Shown piece by piece: positions 52,851 through 64,000 of a stretch of DNA of 64,000 nucleotides. The notes beneath the pieces are model-generated. The model made no database searches. It saw only the letters and a program-made list of their open reading frames with translations, and was not told where the DNA came from. Made by a program: the position numbers and the translations under genes. The first letter of the stretch is position 1. The number at the start of each line of letters is the position of its first letter. Source of the DNA: Macrostomum lignano (lineage: Eukaryota). The stretch covers positions 1-64,000 of the forward strand of contig NIVC01003061.1 in the NCBI GenBank assembly GCA_002269645.1, in the 5' to 3' direction.

Positions 52851-53624
52851 ATTCCACCTTTCTTCTCTAAATTACAATATACCCTAGATTTTGAGTGCCT
52901 GGAACATAGGATTATTACCTTAAACGATTGCATTCACTTCAATCTCTGTACTGCACTGCAGCAGTGCGTCTTTTATAATGCGACATTTCAGTGTGTGAAT
53001 CAGCAATAAATTAATAGCATAATCTCTGCCTCATCTTCCTCTGTCTCAGCTTAGTTCAGGTAACTGTAGGTATTGTATAAACCCTCAACCTCTGTCTGCA
53101 GACGAGATGTCACTTCAAGAACTGAATGGTCTCACAGACAGGCTGTAACCTGTCCATCATAAAAAGTCTTATAAGCCTTGGCAGGGGCAGTAAGTAAGGT
53201 AAACCCCTGTATTGATATCGACTTGCTTCTAATATAATGCTTTGCTCCAGTTTTTTTTCACCCACGAGTCGAGTCACGTGAGAGAAAAAATACGCCACAA
53301 CATACACTTGAGTTCTTCTTTTAGCTGCCTTTTTTAACTCGGCCTGTTGCCAAGGCCAGAGAAGAGAGAAGGTCTGGGCCTGAGATTCGTCATTGGGTAG
53401 TGAGGCTGGCCTAATGCACGAACTGTAAGCACCAAATGATTACTCATTTTGAGTCATTTATATACTAACTCGGTGTTTAAGTGCGAGCAGGGTGTTGGAC
53501 GAGTGCCAAATGGCTATAGGAGTGCAGTGTGTGCACGACTCAACCGCTTAATGGTGTTCTGTCCTGTGACTAATGTCTGCCCGGTCCTGTTTCGCTATGT
53601 CCGTCTATTATATTCCAATTCCTT

Positions 53625-54135
53625 TATCCTTCTCTATCCCTCCTATCCCCCTATCCCTCTATCCTTCTATCCTTCTATCCTTCTATCCTTCAATCCCTCT
53701 ATCCCTCTATCACTCTATCCTTCTATCCCTCTATCACTCTATCCCTCTATCACTCTATCCCTCTATCCCTCTATCCCTCTATCACTCTATCCTTCTATCC
53801 CTCTATCACTCTATCCCTCTATCACTCTATCCCTCTATCCCTCTATCACTCTATCCCTCTATCACTCTATCCCTCTATCCCTCTATCACTCTATCCCTCT
53901 ATCCCTCTATCACTCTATCCCTCTATCACTCTATCCCTCTATCACTCTATCCCTCTATCACTCTATCCCTCTATCACTCTATCCCTCTATCACTCTATCC
54001 CTCTATCCCTCTATCACTCTATCCCTCTATCACTCTATCCCTCTATCACTCTATCCCTCTATCACTCTATCCCTCTATCCCTCTATCACTCTATCCCTCT
54101 ATCCCTCTATCCCTCTATCCCTCTATCCCTCTCGA
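53625..54135. repeat. 10-bp repeat (CTCTATCCCT/CTCTATCACT)
   Basis: Visible directly. Confidence 0.95.
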
Positions 54136-54539
54136 CTATCCCTGTATTTTTATCCAGTCCCTCCATTTACAATTTTATTAATTTTTCTATTCATAAAAGC
54201 ATACAGGTAAACTGCATAAATCTTAGTTCAAGGATTTCTCTATAAATAGAACCTTAGAGTTTAGAATTGACTTCGATTCATATGGTCATAAATTATACTC
54301 CGTCAGAGTTGAACTCAAAGTTGACAAGAATTTTATTGACCCAGTAATTTGGCGATCAAGATAACATCAAAGCCTTTGATTAACAAACACTTAATGCCTT
54401 TTTGTTTGGTCGGGTTCCCACAGGAAGTCAGTTGTTTATAGAAACTATACCATTTGTAAGAGGCTTTTAATATCTGATTCAGTTGGCAAAAAAAATGTCT
54501 GCGGCAGCTGACACCGTTTTGCCTCTTTAGGATTAAAGA

Positions 54540-55420
54540 GAAGGGTGAGATGCAGGGAGAGAGGGTAGGGTGCGAGGCAGGGAGTGAGGGTAGGGTGAGA
54601 TGCAGGGAGAGAGGGTAGGGTGCGAGGCAGGGAGTGAGGGTAGGGTGAGATGCAGGGAGAGAGTGGAGGGTGAGAGGCAGGGAGGGAGTGGAGGGTGAGA
54701 GGCAGGGAGGGAGAGTATGGTTAGAGCAGGGAGAGAGGGTAGGGTGAGAGACAGGGAGGGAGTGGAGGGTGAGAGGCAGGGAGAGAGGGTAGGGTGCGAG
54801 GCAGGGAGAGAGGGTAGGGTGCAAGGCAGGGAGAGAGGGTAGGGTGCGAGGCAGGGAGAGAGGGTAGGGTGCGAGGCAGGGAGAGAGGGTAGGGTGCGAG
54901 GCAGGGAGAGAGGGTAGGGTGAGAGACAGGGAGGGAGTGGATGGTTAGAGGCAGGGACAGAGGGTAGGTTGCGAGGCAGGGAGAGAGTGGAGGGTGATAG
55001 GCAGGGATGGAGTGGAGGGTGAGAAGCAGGGAGTGAGGGGAGGGTGAGAGGCAGGGAGGGAGGGGAGGTGAGAGGCAGGGAGAGAGTGGAGGGTGAGAGG
55101 CAGGGAGAGAGTGGAGGGTGAGAGGCAGGGAGAGAGGGTAGGGTGAGAGGCAGGGAGTGAGGGGAGGGTGAGAGGCAGGGAGTGAGGGGAGGGTGAGAGG
55201 CAGGGAGGGAGGGGAGGTGAGAGGCAGGGAGAGAGTGGAGGGTGAGAGGCAGGGAGAGAGTGGAGGGTGAGAGGCAGGGAGAGAGGGTAGGGTGAGAGGC
55301 AGGGAGGGAGTGAAGGGTGAGAGGCAGGGAGAGAGGGGGGTTAAGAAACAGGGAGTGAGGGGAGGGTGAGAGGCAGGGAGGGAGGGGAGGTGAGAGGCAG
55401 GGAGGGAGTGGATAGAGACA
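54540..55420. repeat. 25-bp G-rich minisatellite (GGGAGAGAGGGTAGGGTGCGAGGCA)
   Basis: Visible directly. Confidence 0.95.
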
Positions 55421-55487
55421 GAGACAGAGACAGACAGAGAGGTAGAGAAGCTGGGAGAATTTCAGCGTAATAATGGCACAGATATAG

Positions 55488-55733
55488 ATAGTCATTGGCA
55501 TACTCAAGCGTATAAATGAATCCATTTTCAAAAATGTCTCACATGCACTTTGGAGACGCAACGACAAAATAACGAGAGGCCCATGGTGGAAGCAGGAAGC
55601 GAGAGACGCGCTTGCTGCGCTGTTTGAAGAATCCAGGGGTGCAGTAGGCAGAGAACTTTTGCAACTTCGAAGGCTAACATTAATTACAAAACAGAATGAA
55701 AGATACATTCATTTACGAGATGCAGGTAACCAG
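55488..55733 (+). CDS. Candidate internal exon of an unidentified gene
   Basis: Non-repetitive 82-codon open frame IVIGILKRINESIFKNVSHALWRRNDKITRGPWWKQEARDALAALFEESRGAVGRELLQLRRLTLITKQNERYIHLRDAGNQ, bounded by a TAG acceptor (55487) and a CAG|GTAAGC donor (55734). No family recognised. Confidence 0.45.
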
Positions 55734-56084
55734 GTAAGCAAGCCAACATCAGCCCTGCAACTGCAGCGGAACTTCGAGTGCAAGTCTGGCCGGACACTGC
55801 AGTGTTCAGATAAAACTGGTGAATATTTATATCTTTTTAACATTTAGCTTTTCTGTCTTTCTGTCTGCCTGTCTGTTTGTCAACATTAAGACGGTTGAGA
55901 ATGTGTTATTTATACGAACGTTTAGTGCGAGACAAAATACAGATGCAATTGAAGTTTCACTACTAGGTATTGCTATTATTTTTGTTATTATTATTATTAT
56001 TATTGGCCAAGGATAGTAAATTATATGACACATTGCACCAATTAGCTCAGTTACACAATAAAGCGCAAAATGCGGGGATCGTCA

Positions 56085-56390
56085 AGGAGATATTCAGAGA
56101 TTCTCAAGGTGAGATTCGGAGATTCTCAAGGAGAGATTATGAGATTCTCAAAATGAGATTATGAGATTCTCAAGGTGAGATTCTAAGACTCTCAAGGTGA
56201 GTTTCTGAGATTCTCAAGGTGAGATTCTGAGACTCTCAAGGTGAGATTCTGAGATTCCCAAGGTGAGATTATGAGATTCTCAAGGTGACATTAGAGATTC
56301 TCAAAGTGACATTCTGAGATTCTTAAGGTGAGATTATGAGAATTCTCAAGGTGAGATTCTCACAGTGAGACTTTCATGGTAAGATTCTCT
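56085..56390. repeat. 22-bp minisatellite (GAGATTCTCAAGGTGAGATTCT)
   Basis: Visible directly. Confidence 0.9.
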
Positions 56391-56459
56391 AGCGTGATAA
56401 TATTTTTTAGTATGGGTCTCGGCGGAAATAAATTATTATGCGATATCAAAGCTGTAATT

Positions 56460-57900
56460 TGTTTAAAAAGGTTACCATCGGGTGGGGCGTGCGCGTGGGT
56501 ATGGGTCTAGAGTGTCTTGAGTATAGGGGGGGGGGGCTATCGAGTGCCTGCGTTGCTTCTTTGTTGCTTTGATCTCTTTCGCTTTGCTTTCCGCTTCCGT
56601 GGACCTTCATGTTTACTTAACCCCCCCCCCCTTTTTGTGCAATAATCTCAGGCTCCAATTGACGCGAAAGGCAGATAAGACATTAATTTCGGCTTGGGGA
56701 ACTTCGGGGGTCTTGGACTGGAGATGGGTTGTTGCCCTGTTAGTTCTCGTCTCGGTCGGGGTGCATTCCGCGTTTATTAGAGATGGAGGGGGCTGACTGA
56801 CTGGCGGGCACCCCTATAAGGTCTTTGTTCCGATTTGGTTTCGTGGTCTAAAAACTTCCACCCATACCTTAGTCTTCTAACAACTAAATTGTAAAAACCG
56901 GTACGGCTTATGTGGCGCGTGCTTCTCTTTGCCCCCACACGACCCTGGACAAAGCACTGGCAGACAGTGTGCCCCCCCCCCACTCAGCAGATGTCTTCAA
57001 GAACTGCTGCACACACAGTCAGTCATAACACACTCATTCATTCATTCAATTCGCTCAAATTGACATCGCCTACCCCTCCGCGTACAACAACCCCCAAGGG
57101 CTCCACCCCTTAGTGCGTTGGTTTGGTTAGATTTTATTGCATCGGAGTTATTGGCGGCGCCGGATTTGAGGGAAGTGGGGGGGGGGGTTGGTCGTGTTTA
57201 TCGAGAGGGCGGCGGCGGGGGGGGGGTGTCGGAATTCCGCGGCGGGGGGTGTCGGAATTCCGCGGCGGGGTCCCGGTGGCCCGTCTCAATGGCCCAATAG
57301 CCATTGAGGTTGAATCAACCAAAATAGGCGGAGGGGGGTTGGTCGCCTTATCATTTGGGGCAGGGCCTCTGCTCTCTCTCCCCCTCGTCCGCCTTTCTCC
57401 CTCTCTCCCTTCCAAGGCCTCTTGGTTCCGCGCCCAACCTCTCTCCCTTGTCTTGCCCTAGATGGGGGTTGGCTTGTCGTATCAAACGTATAAAACGGCT
57501 CATATCTTTACAACCGTTGCGCCTTCAACAAGGATTACCCCCCCTCCAAGACCAAACCCGTTTACCTCAACCCCCGTATTTTGCTCCAACGCAAGGGGTC
57601 CTAGCGTCCTCTAAGCGTTCATTCACAAGCTCTTAAGATTTTTTAGCTGCAAGCCAGGCCAGCAGCCAGTGCCTTTATCTTTGTCTGTGCCTTTCTAGAT
57701 ATAAAAACCAGGCAAGCAAGCAGCACGCGACAAGAAATCGACAATCGTGCGCTTTATCTCGTCATCTCGTCCGCATTGCCTTGTCTGCGACTCCACGCGC
57801 CACACAGCCCTGCGACTTGCACTGGTCTTGTCACTTGACTTGCTTGAGTCAGCGGTAGCAGTTTATAATCTCTATTATTGCTAATCCGTCAATTTCGCAG
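56460..57900. promoter_or_regulatory. GC/CpG-rich putative promoter or 5' region upstream of the FLYWCH gene
   Basis: CpG-rich with G/C runs, a duplicated GTCGGAATTCCGC palindrome (57228-57263) and a 9-bp hairpin with CCAAT in its loop (57285-57308). Function inferred from position only. Confidence 0.3.
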
Positions 57901-57987
57901 CATTTTTCATGCAAAGGCCAATTATTTAGATCTATCTTTTTAGACCCTCGATTTTCTCTTATTGATTCGATATTAGAGATAAGCAAA

Positions 57988-58347
57988 ATGTCAACTGCTG
58001 AAGAAGACACCACTAATTATAATAATTGTTCCGACAATGAAAGCAGCCATTCCAAAGATGTCAAACAAGAAACTAACGAGGTTGCTTTGCAGAAGCAGAA
58101 GACTGCAACTTCTGCAACAGTGGAAGCCGAAGAAGAAGACCACCAGCACGAGGATGTCGAAATTGAGCACGAAGTTCACGAACACGAAGTTGAGTTCGCT
58201 GACGAGGCCGAGAAGTCCACCGCTAGTCCCTGTTCGGTGCCCGAGCCTGAGCACTGCTCATTTCGAACTCCGCCTCCTCCCGTGCAGCAGTCTTCTGCTC
58301 CCGGCGATTCGATGCCTATGTCGCAATCGGAACTTCTTGGAAAATTT
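57988..58347 (+). CDS. FLYWCH zinc-finger protein, exon 1 (acidic/low-complexity N-terminus)
   Basis: AAAATG start; phase-0 TTT|GTAAGA donor at 58348 joins in frame to exon 2. Confidence 0.75.
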
Positions 58348-58569
58348 GTAAGAAATAAACATTATAACTCATTTTTAACTGTAATTTTTTACTATTTAAA
58401 TGTCGAACTTCCCTCTTTGAACACCTTCAGTTTGAAAGTCCAACAAATTGTAAACAAAAATAGACTGTCACAAATAATACCCCAACTGTGCTACTTAACG
58501 TCGCACTGCAGTAGTAATATTCGATTATATGAATTGCAACTGTAAATTATATTTTCTCTTGTAAATAAA

Positions 58570-59870
58570 ATTTCACCCTAAATCCGCAAGAATCTCACCC
58601 CAGATCCAAAAGAATCTCACTCAGATCCACAAGAATCTCACCCCAGATCCGCAAGAATCTCACCCCAGATCCGCAAGAATCTCACTCAGATCCGCAAGAA
58701 TCTCACCCCAGATCCGAAAGAATCTCACTCAGATCCGCAAGAATCTCACTCAGATCCGCAAGAATCTCACCCCAGATCCGCAAGAATCTCACCCCAGATC
58801 CGAAAGAATCTCACCCCAGATCCGCAAGAATCTCACCCCAGATCCGCAAGAAGCTCACCCCATATCCGCAAGAATCTCACCCCAGATCCGCAAGAATCTC
58901 ACCCCAGATCCGCAAGAATCTCACCCCATATCCGCAAGAATCTCACCCCAGATCCGCAAGAATCTCACTCAGATCCGCAAGAATCTCACCCCAGATCCGA
59001 AAGAATCTCACTCAGATCCGCAAGAATCTCACCCCATATCCGCAAGAAGCTCACCCCATATCCGCAAGAATCTCATCCCAGGTCCGCAAGAATCTCACCC
59101 CAGATCCGCAAGAATCTCACCCCATATCCGCAAGAATCTCATCCCAGGTCCGCAAGAATCTCACCCCATATCCGCAAGAATCTCATCCCAGGTCCGCAAG
59201 AATCTCACCCCAGATCCAAAAGAATCTCACTCCAGATCCACACAAAAATCTCACCCCAAATCAGCAAGAATCTCACCCCAGATCCGCAAGAATCTCACCC
59301 CATATCCGCAAGAATCTCACTCAGATCCGCAAGAATCTCACCCCAGATCCAAAAGAATCTCACTCCAGATCCACACAAAAATCTCACCCCAGATCAGCAA
59401 GAATCTCACCCCAGATCCGCAAGAATCTCACCCCATATCCGCAAGAATCTCACCCCATATCCGCAAGAATCTCACCCCATATCCGCTAGAATCTCACCCC
59501 ATATCCGCAAGAATCTCACCCCATATCCGCAAGAATCTCACCCCATATCCGCAAGAATCTCACCCCAGATCCGCAAGAATCTCACCACATATCCGCAAGA
59601 ATCTCACTCAGATCCGCAAGAATCTCACTCAGATCCGCAAGAATCTCACCCCATATCCGCAAGAATCTCACTCAGATCCGCAAGAATCTCACCCCAGATC
59701 CGCAAGAATCTCACTCAGATCCGCAAGAATCTCACCCCAGATCCGCAAGAATCTCACTCAGATCCGCAAGAATCTCACCCCATATCCGCAAGAATCTCAC
59801 CCCATATCCGCAAGAAGCTCACTCAGATCCGCAAGAATCTCACCCCAGATCCGCAAGAATCTCACCCCCA
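58570..59870. repeat. 21-22-bp minisatellite (CAGATCCGCAAGAATCTCACCC) filling FLYWCH intron 1
   Basis: Visible directly; ends about 17 nt before the acceptor. Confidence 0.97.
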
Positions 59871-59887
59871 TCTCATCGACGCCACAG

Positions 59888-60247
59888 CCGCAGGATGAAC
59901 CCCAGTCGGCCGCCAGCTGCTCATCCTCTCACAGCGTGGCCAGTGTGGAAGTGGAGCGCTCCTGCATGGAGACCAGAGGCCTGGTGAACGTGAAGTGGGA
60001 CATCACCAGGAAGAACAAGGCCAGCATAGTGATTGACGGCTACAAGATGACGGAGAGCCGGGCTGGCAAGGACGGCCGGGTGTTCTGGCGCTGCAGCAAG
60101 CGGTTCTGCCCAGCCACGGCCATCAGCCTGGCGCAGAGGCTGGTCTCCGTGCGCCAGGTTGACGCCAGGAGGTTCCACAATCATCCGCCTACTGGCAAGG
60201 AGGAGTTCTTCCGCGGGGATTTCGCTAATCCTGGGACTCCTACCCAG
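59888..60247 (+). CDS. FLYWCH zinc-finger protein, exon 2 (FLYWCH domain)
   Basis: IVIDGYKM...GRVFWRCSKRFCPATA...FHNHPP fits the FLYWCH/WRKY-GCM1 pattern. CACAG acceptor at 59887 (alternative at 59893); CAG|GTGAG donor at 60248. Confidence 0.88.
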
Positions 60248-60284
60248 GTGAGGGCGCAAGATGGTTTGAAAGACAGGAATCTTA

Positions 60285-60750
60285 AGATTTTGGGCTTGTT
60301 ATCTTTGGGGATTTGGGATCCTTGGGGATTTAGGATCTTTAGAGATTTGGGATCCTTGGGGATTTAGGATCTTTAGGGATTTGGGATTTCAGGGATTTGG
60401 GATCTTTGGGGTTTTGGGATCTTTAGGGATTTTAGGGATTTAGAATATTTGGGGTTTTGGGATCTTTAGAGATTTGGGATCTTTGGGGATTTGGGATCTT
60501 TAGGGATTTGGGATCTTTAGGGATTTTAGATCTTTGGGATCATCTGGAATCTTTAGGGATTTAGGATCTTTAGGGATTTGGGATTTTAAGGATTTAGAAT
60601 CTTTGGGGTTTTGGGATCTTTAGGGATTTGGGATTGGGTCAGAGACTTGGAATTTTGGGATTCGCGATTTGGGATCTTTGAGGATTTGGAATATTTGGCA
60701 TTCAGAATCTTAAGGATTTGGGATCTTAGGGGTTCGGGATCTTGGGATCT
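60285..60750. repeat. Degenerate GGGATTT/GGGATCTTT repeat in FLYWCH intron 2
   Basis: Visible directly. Confidence 0.88.
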
Positions 60751-60798
60751 GAAATCTGCAAAGCGCCGCAATAAAACCCGGCAACTTTCTATGCTCAG

Positions 60799-61314
60799 GT
60801 GACCATCAAGTGGCCCGTCACTCGTCTGTCAGTCACCGGCTCCCTGGACGTCGATGACAACCCAGCGGCAGCTGCCAGTGTAGTTGAAGATTCGCATCCA
60901 GCCTCGGAGGATCTGGAAGGCGGCGGCAGCAACAGCAAGAAGAACTTGTCGATAAAGCGAAGTGCCCTTCTGCGCCGGCGTCGAGAACGACGTCGAGGAG
61001 AACAGCAGCAGCAGCAGCTGTGTCGGAATGCCGACGGCGCGTCAGCTGTTGAAGAGGCTGGCGGCCTTCAAGTCGCTGACGACTGCCTGCTGGATGCTGA
61101 CTCGACCGCTCTGAGCGGAGGCGGTCCCGGCCTGCAGTACCGGGACTCCTCCCTGCTGCTCGGCTCATCGGCTGAGTCAGTTGACGCCCCTCCTCAGGCC
61201 AAGCGAGTTCGACACGAGTCGCTGGAGGACTTGGCGAGCATCCAGCAGAGGCTGACGGACTCGCTGAGTGGCGTGGCCGGACTGGAGACTGCGCAGGGCG
61301 GCGGCGGCCTGCAG
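60799..61314 (+). CDS. FLYWCH protein exon 3 (contains the basic NLS-like stretch KRSALLRRRRERRR)
   Basis: CTCAG acceptor at 60798; CAG|GTGAG donor at 61315; phase 0 at both ends. Confidence 0.82.
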
Positions 61315-61384
61315 GTGAGAGGCGACTTCTTGAAATCCTCATTTTATAGGAATCTGAAACTCCCCCCCCATTTTTATTCCTCAT

Positions 61385-61770
61385 CTTTAATTTGGGATCT
61401 GGAAATCCTCATTTTTATTTGGGATCTGGAAATCCTCATTTTAATTTGGGATCTGAAAATCCTCATTTTTATTTGGGATCTGAAAATCCTAATTTTTATT
61501 TGGGATCAATGAAAATCTTCATTTTTATTTGGGATCTGTGAAAATCCTCATTTTTATTTGGGATCTGAAAATCCTCATTTTTATTTGGGATCTGAAAATC
61601 CTCATTTTTATTTGGGATCAATGAAAATCCTCATTTTTATTTGGGATCTGAAAATCCTCATTTTTATTTGGGATCAATGAAAATCTTCATTTTTATTTGG
61701 GATCTGTGAAAATCCTCATTTTTCTTTGTATCTGAAAATCCCAATTTTAATTTGGGATCTGAATTAATAA
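61385..61770. repeat. 27-bp minisatellite (TGGGATCTGAAAATCCTCATTTTTATT) in FLYWCH intron 3
   Basis: Visible directly. Confidence 0.93.
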
Positions 61771-61820
61771 AATACTATTTAGTAAGATTAAAGAATCCCA
61801 ACCCCGTCCACCAATTCAAG

Positions 61821-62525
61821 GCCCTAGCAACAGCCGCTGGTTTCCATGGCAACAGCTATTCGACTGGCTGCTCTTCGAACTCGGTCTCTACAGCGTCAGC
61901 CGCGCCTCTGCTAAGAGGCTTGAAGTCCATGCCATCCGATGCCTCCAGCGGCTCCAGCAGTCACCAGCACCAGCAGCAGGTGCTGCTCCATCAGCAGCAT
62001 CAGCATCTGCAAGGACTGGACAGTCAGACCCAGAAGGCACTCCTAGCCATGGCGTTGAATGGCTTCAACAGTCAGCAGCAGCAGCCTCCGCCGCCGCCGC
62101 CGCCCTACAATCCGATCTTCAACCCGCCGCCTCAGCAGCAGCAGCAGCAGCAGCAGCATCTGTCTCTCAGTTCTCAACAGTTCCCTCATCAGTCTTCATC
62201 AGCTGCTGCTGCTAACCTGTTCTCCCTTGCCGCAGTCGGCAGTCACAGCAGCTCGCCACTGAAAGAGGCTCTGAGCCAAATCGACAACAGCCAGTTAAGA
62301 AGGCAGCTGCGCAGATTAGAGAACTACTTCCGGTCGGGTATTGTGGCGGTTTCAGAGGCCATCTTACGCCAGTCGGTGGTTAACAGTTCGGCACAACTGA
62401 CCGGCTCAGCGTTTGGCTTCAAGGCTGGTGGCGGTGCCAGCAGTGAGCAGGAGAGGTTAGGAAGGCTGCTCAACTATTTGGAAGGCTTGGAGCGGGTCAA
62501 CAAACTGGCCCAGGACTTGGCCTGA
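61821..62525 (+). CDS. FLYWCH protein exon 4 (Q/P-rich, then helical C-terminus); spliced CDS about 646 aa
   Basis: Phase-0 TCAAG acceptor at 61820; TGA at 62523-62525; AATAAA at 63485-63490. Confidence 0.8.
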   Translation, partial: ALATAAGFHGNSYSTGCSSNSVSTASAAPLLRGLKSMPSDASSGSSSHQHQQQVLLHQQHQHLQGLDSQTQKALLAMALNGFNSQQQQPPPPPPPYNPIFNPPPQQQQQQQQHLSLSSQQFPHQSSSAAAANLFSLAAVGSHSSSPLKEALSQIDNSQLRRQLRRLENYFRSGIVAVSEAILRQSVVNSSAQLTGSAFGFKAGGGASSEQERLGRLLNYLEGLERVNKLAQDLA

Positions 62526-62554
62526 TAAAGCTGCTCGATTCGGGTTGATATGGA

Positions 62555-62910
62555 TTTTGGATCTTGGGATTTGAGATCTTGGGAATTGGGATCTTGGGAT
62601 TTGGAATCTTGGGATTTGAGATCTTGGGATTTGGGATCTTGGGATTTGGAATCTTGGGATTTGAGATCTTGGGATTTGGGATCTTGGGATTTGGGATCTT
62701 GGGATTTGAGATCTTGGGATTTGGGATCTTGGGATTTGGGATCCTGCGATTTGGGATCTGGGATCTTGGGATTTGAGATCTTGGGATTTGGGATCTTGGG
62801 ATTTGAGATCTTGGGATTTGAGATCTTGGGATTTAGGATCTAGGGATTTAGGATCTAGGGATTTGGGATCTAGGGATTTAGGATCTTATGATTTGGGATC
62901 ATTGGATTTG
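62555..62910. repeat. 15-bp G-rich repeat (GGGATTTGGGATCTT) just downstream of the FLYWCH stop codon
   Basis: Visible directly. Confidence 0.95.
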
Positions 62911-64000
62911 GAAACTTATTTTATATGATTTTAACAATTCTGGTATTTTAGAATTAACAATTTTTAGATTTCAGGATTAGCCTTTTATTATACTTTATGT
63001 TTCAATTTTAGGACAAGGAACCTTTTATTTGGACTTACCAATTAAGGATTAAGGATTTCCATTGACAGATTTTGGGAAGATTTCAATTCCGTAGATCCCA
63101 AACTCAAAGATCCTGATCCCATTTATCCATCGAAAAGTGTACATTAATGAGCGTCTCATTAGCAAGTATTGTTACGGCTGTAAATTTTAAGCTTTTTAAT
63201 ATTTATTTTCATTTTTATTGCCTTAAGTCTTGAATTGGAACTGTTGCCTTTTCTGCTGCCACAAGAACTGCTGAACTATTTTATACAATATGTAAATTTG
63301 CCACAATCGCCAAAACAATTTATCATGTAATCCGCTTGCTCACCGGCTCTCGGCCTGTCGTCTGTTAATCAACATTTTTACAAATTATTTGTTAACTGAA
63401 ATTCACTATTCCGGTTTGCGTGCGCAAATTTTGCTACTTGCAGTAAAGTAGTTTGAATTTTTCTGTTTATCTTTTTTCTAAACGAATAAATACTCGTGAG
63501 CTGCTCCCGGTCAAAGTCAAGTTTTTAGGATTTTTCAGCTGCCATTATTATTATTATTAGCATTATTATCATATTAACATGAGCCAGGTAGTCCTACCTT
63601 CTTTTTTGTTACAAATTGCTGCTCAAACATTGCTGATCTTCATTGGTACACATTGCTGAACAAGAGGCTTCTTGGTGAAATTCCATGGCTTGTGTTTATT
63701 GTGTGTTTCTGTACAGTTTTTGAAAGGCTCAAATTGTATTTCTTACCTGTGTAATCTGTGCTGCGTTATTAGCTGGCAATTATTGATCGCATTATGCAAA
63801 TAAGTACAATATGCACCCTGCAATGCCAAAGACTGCGTTTTTGTGCCCCCTTTTTTACGAGTAGTTCAAGCCGGTTAGTTTACAATGTCAAAATAATTTC
63901 ACTCTTGTCTGTCACTCTTTATTTGTCACTTTTATTTGTCACTTATAGCAATTATTAAATTATCTGTCACTCATCTGTCACTCTCGTCTGTCACTCTTTA

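Noticed and set aside
50628-53009. 793-aa and 728-aa Leu/Ser-rich ORFs
   Set aside because: Translation of the C/T-rich 30-bp array.

Overview
Eukaryotic (animal) genomic DNA with spliceosomal introns. Minisatellite-filled introns and Q-rich proteins suggest a free-living flatworm such as Macrostomum, but that is inference and cannot be verified here. Recognisable genes: the 5' end of calcineurin A (minus strand, exons 3271-3229 and 1527-1203, continuing off the left edge); a complete 4-exon misshapen/MAP4K4 kinase (8774-14407); a molybdopterin synthase sulfur carrier MOCS2A (about 34605-35287); an SH2 + Src-type tyrosine kinase-like gene with degenerate catalytic motifs (40141-41518); and a 4-exon FLYWCH zinc-finger gene (57988-62525). 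Mobile elements with identifiable ends: a 632-bp Merlin derivative (35-bp TIR, 8-bp TSD) decayed mainly by CpG transitions; a 941-bp hAT-type MITE (8-bp TSD) with a duplicated right end; and a 6.7-kb element (25098-31808) inserted into a (GACA)n microsatellite. The last has 27-bp TIRs, a 6(-7)-bp TSD and an internal 3.9-kb satellite built around its own terminal motif, and is the most novel-looking object. About 30 distinct tandem arrays fill introns and intergenic space, and most long ORFs in the track are artefacts of them. No rRNA, tRNA or CRISPR array was recognised. All counts and alignments were done by eye.
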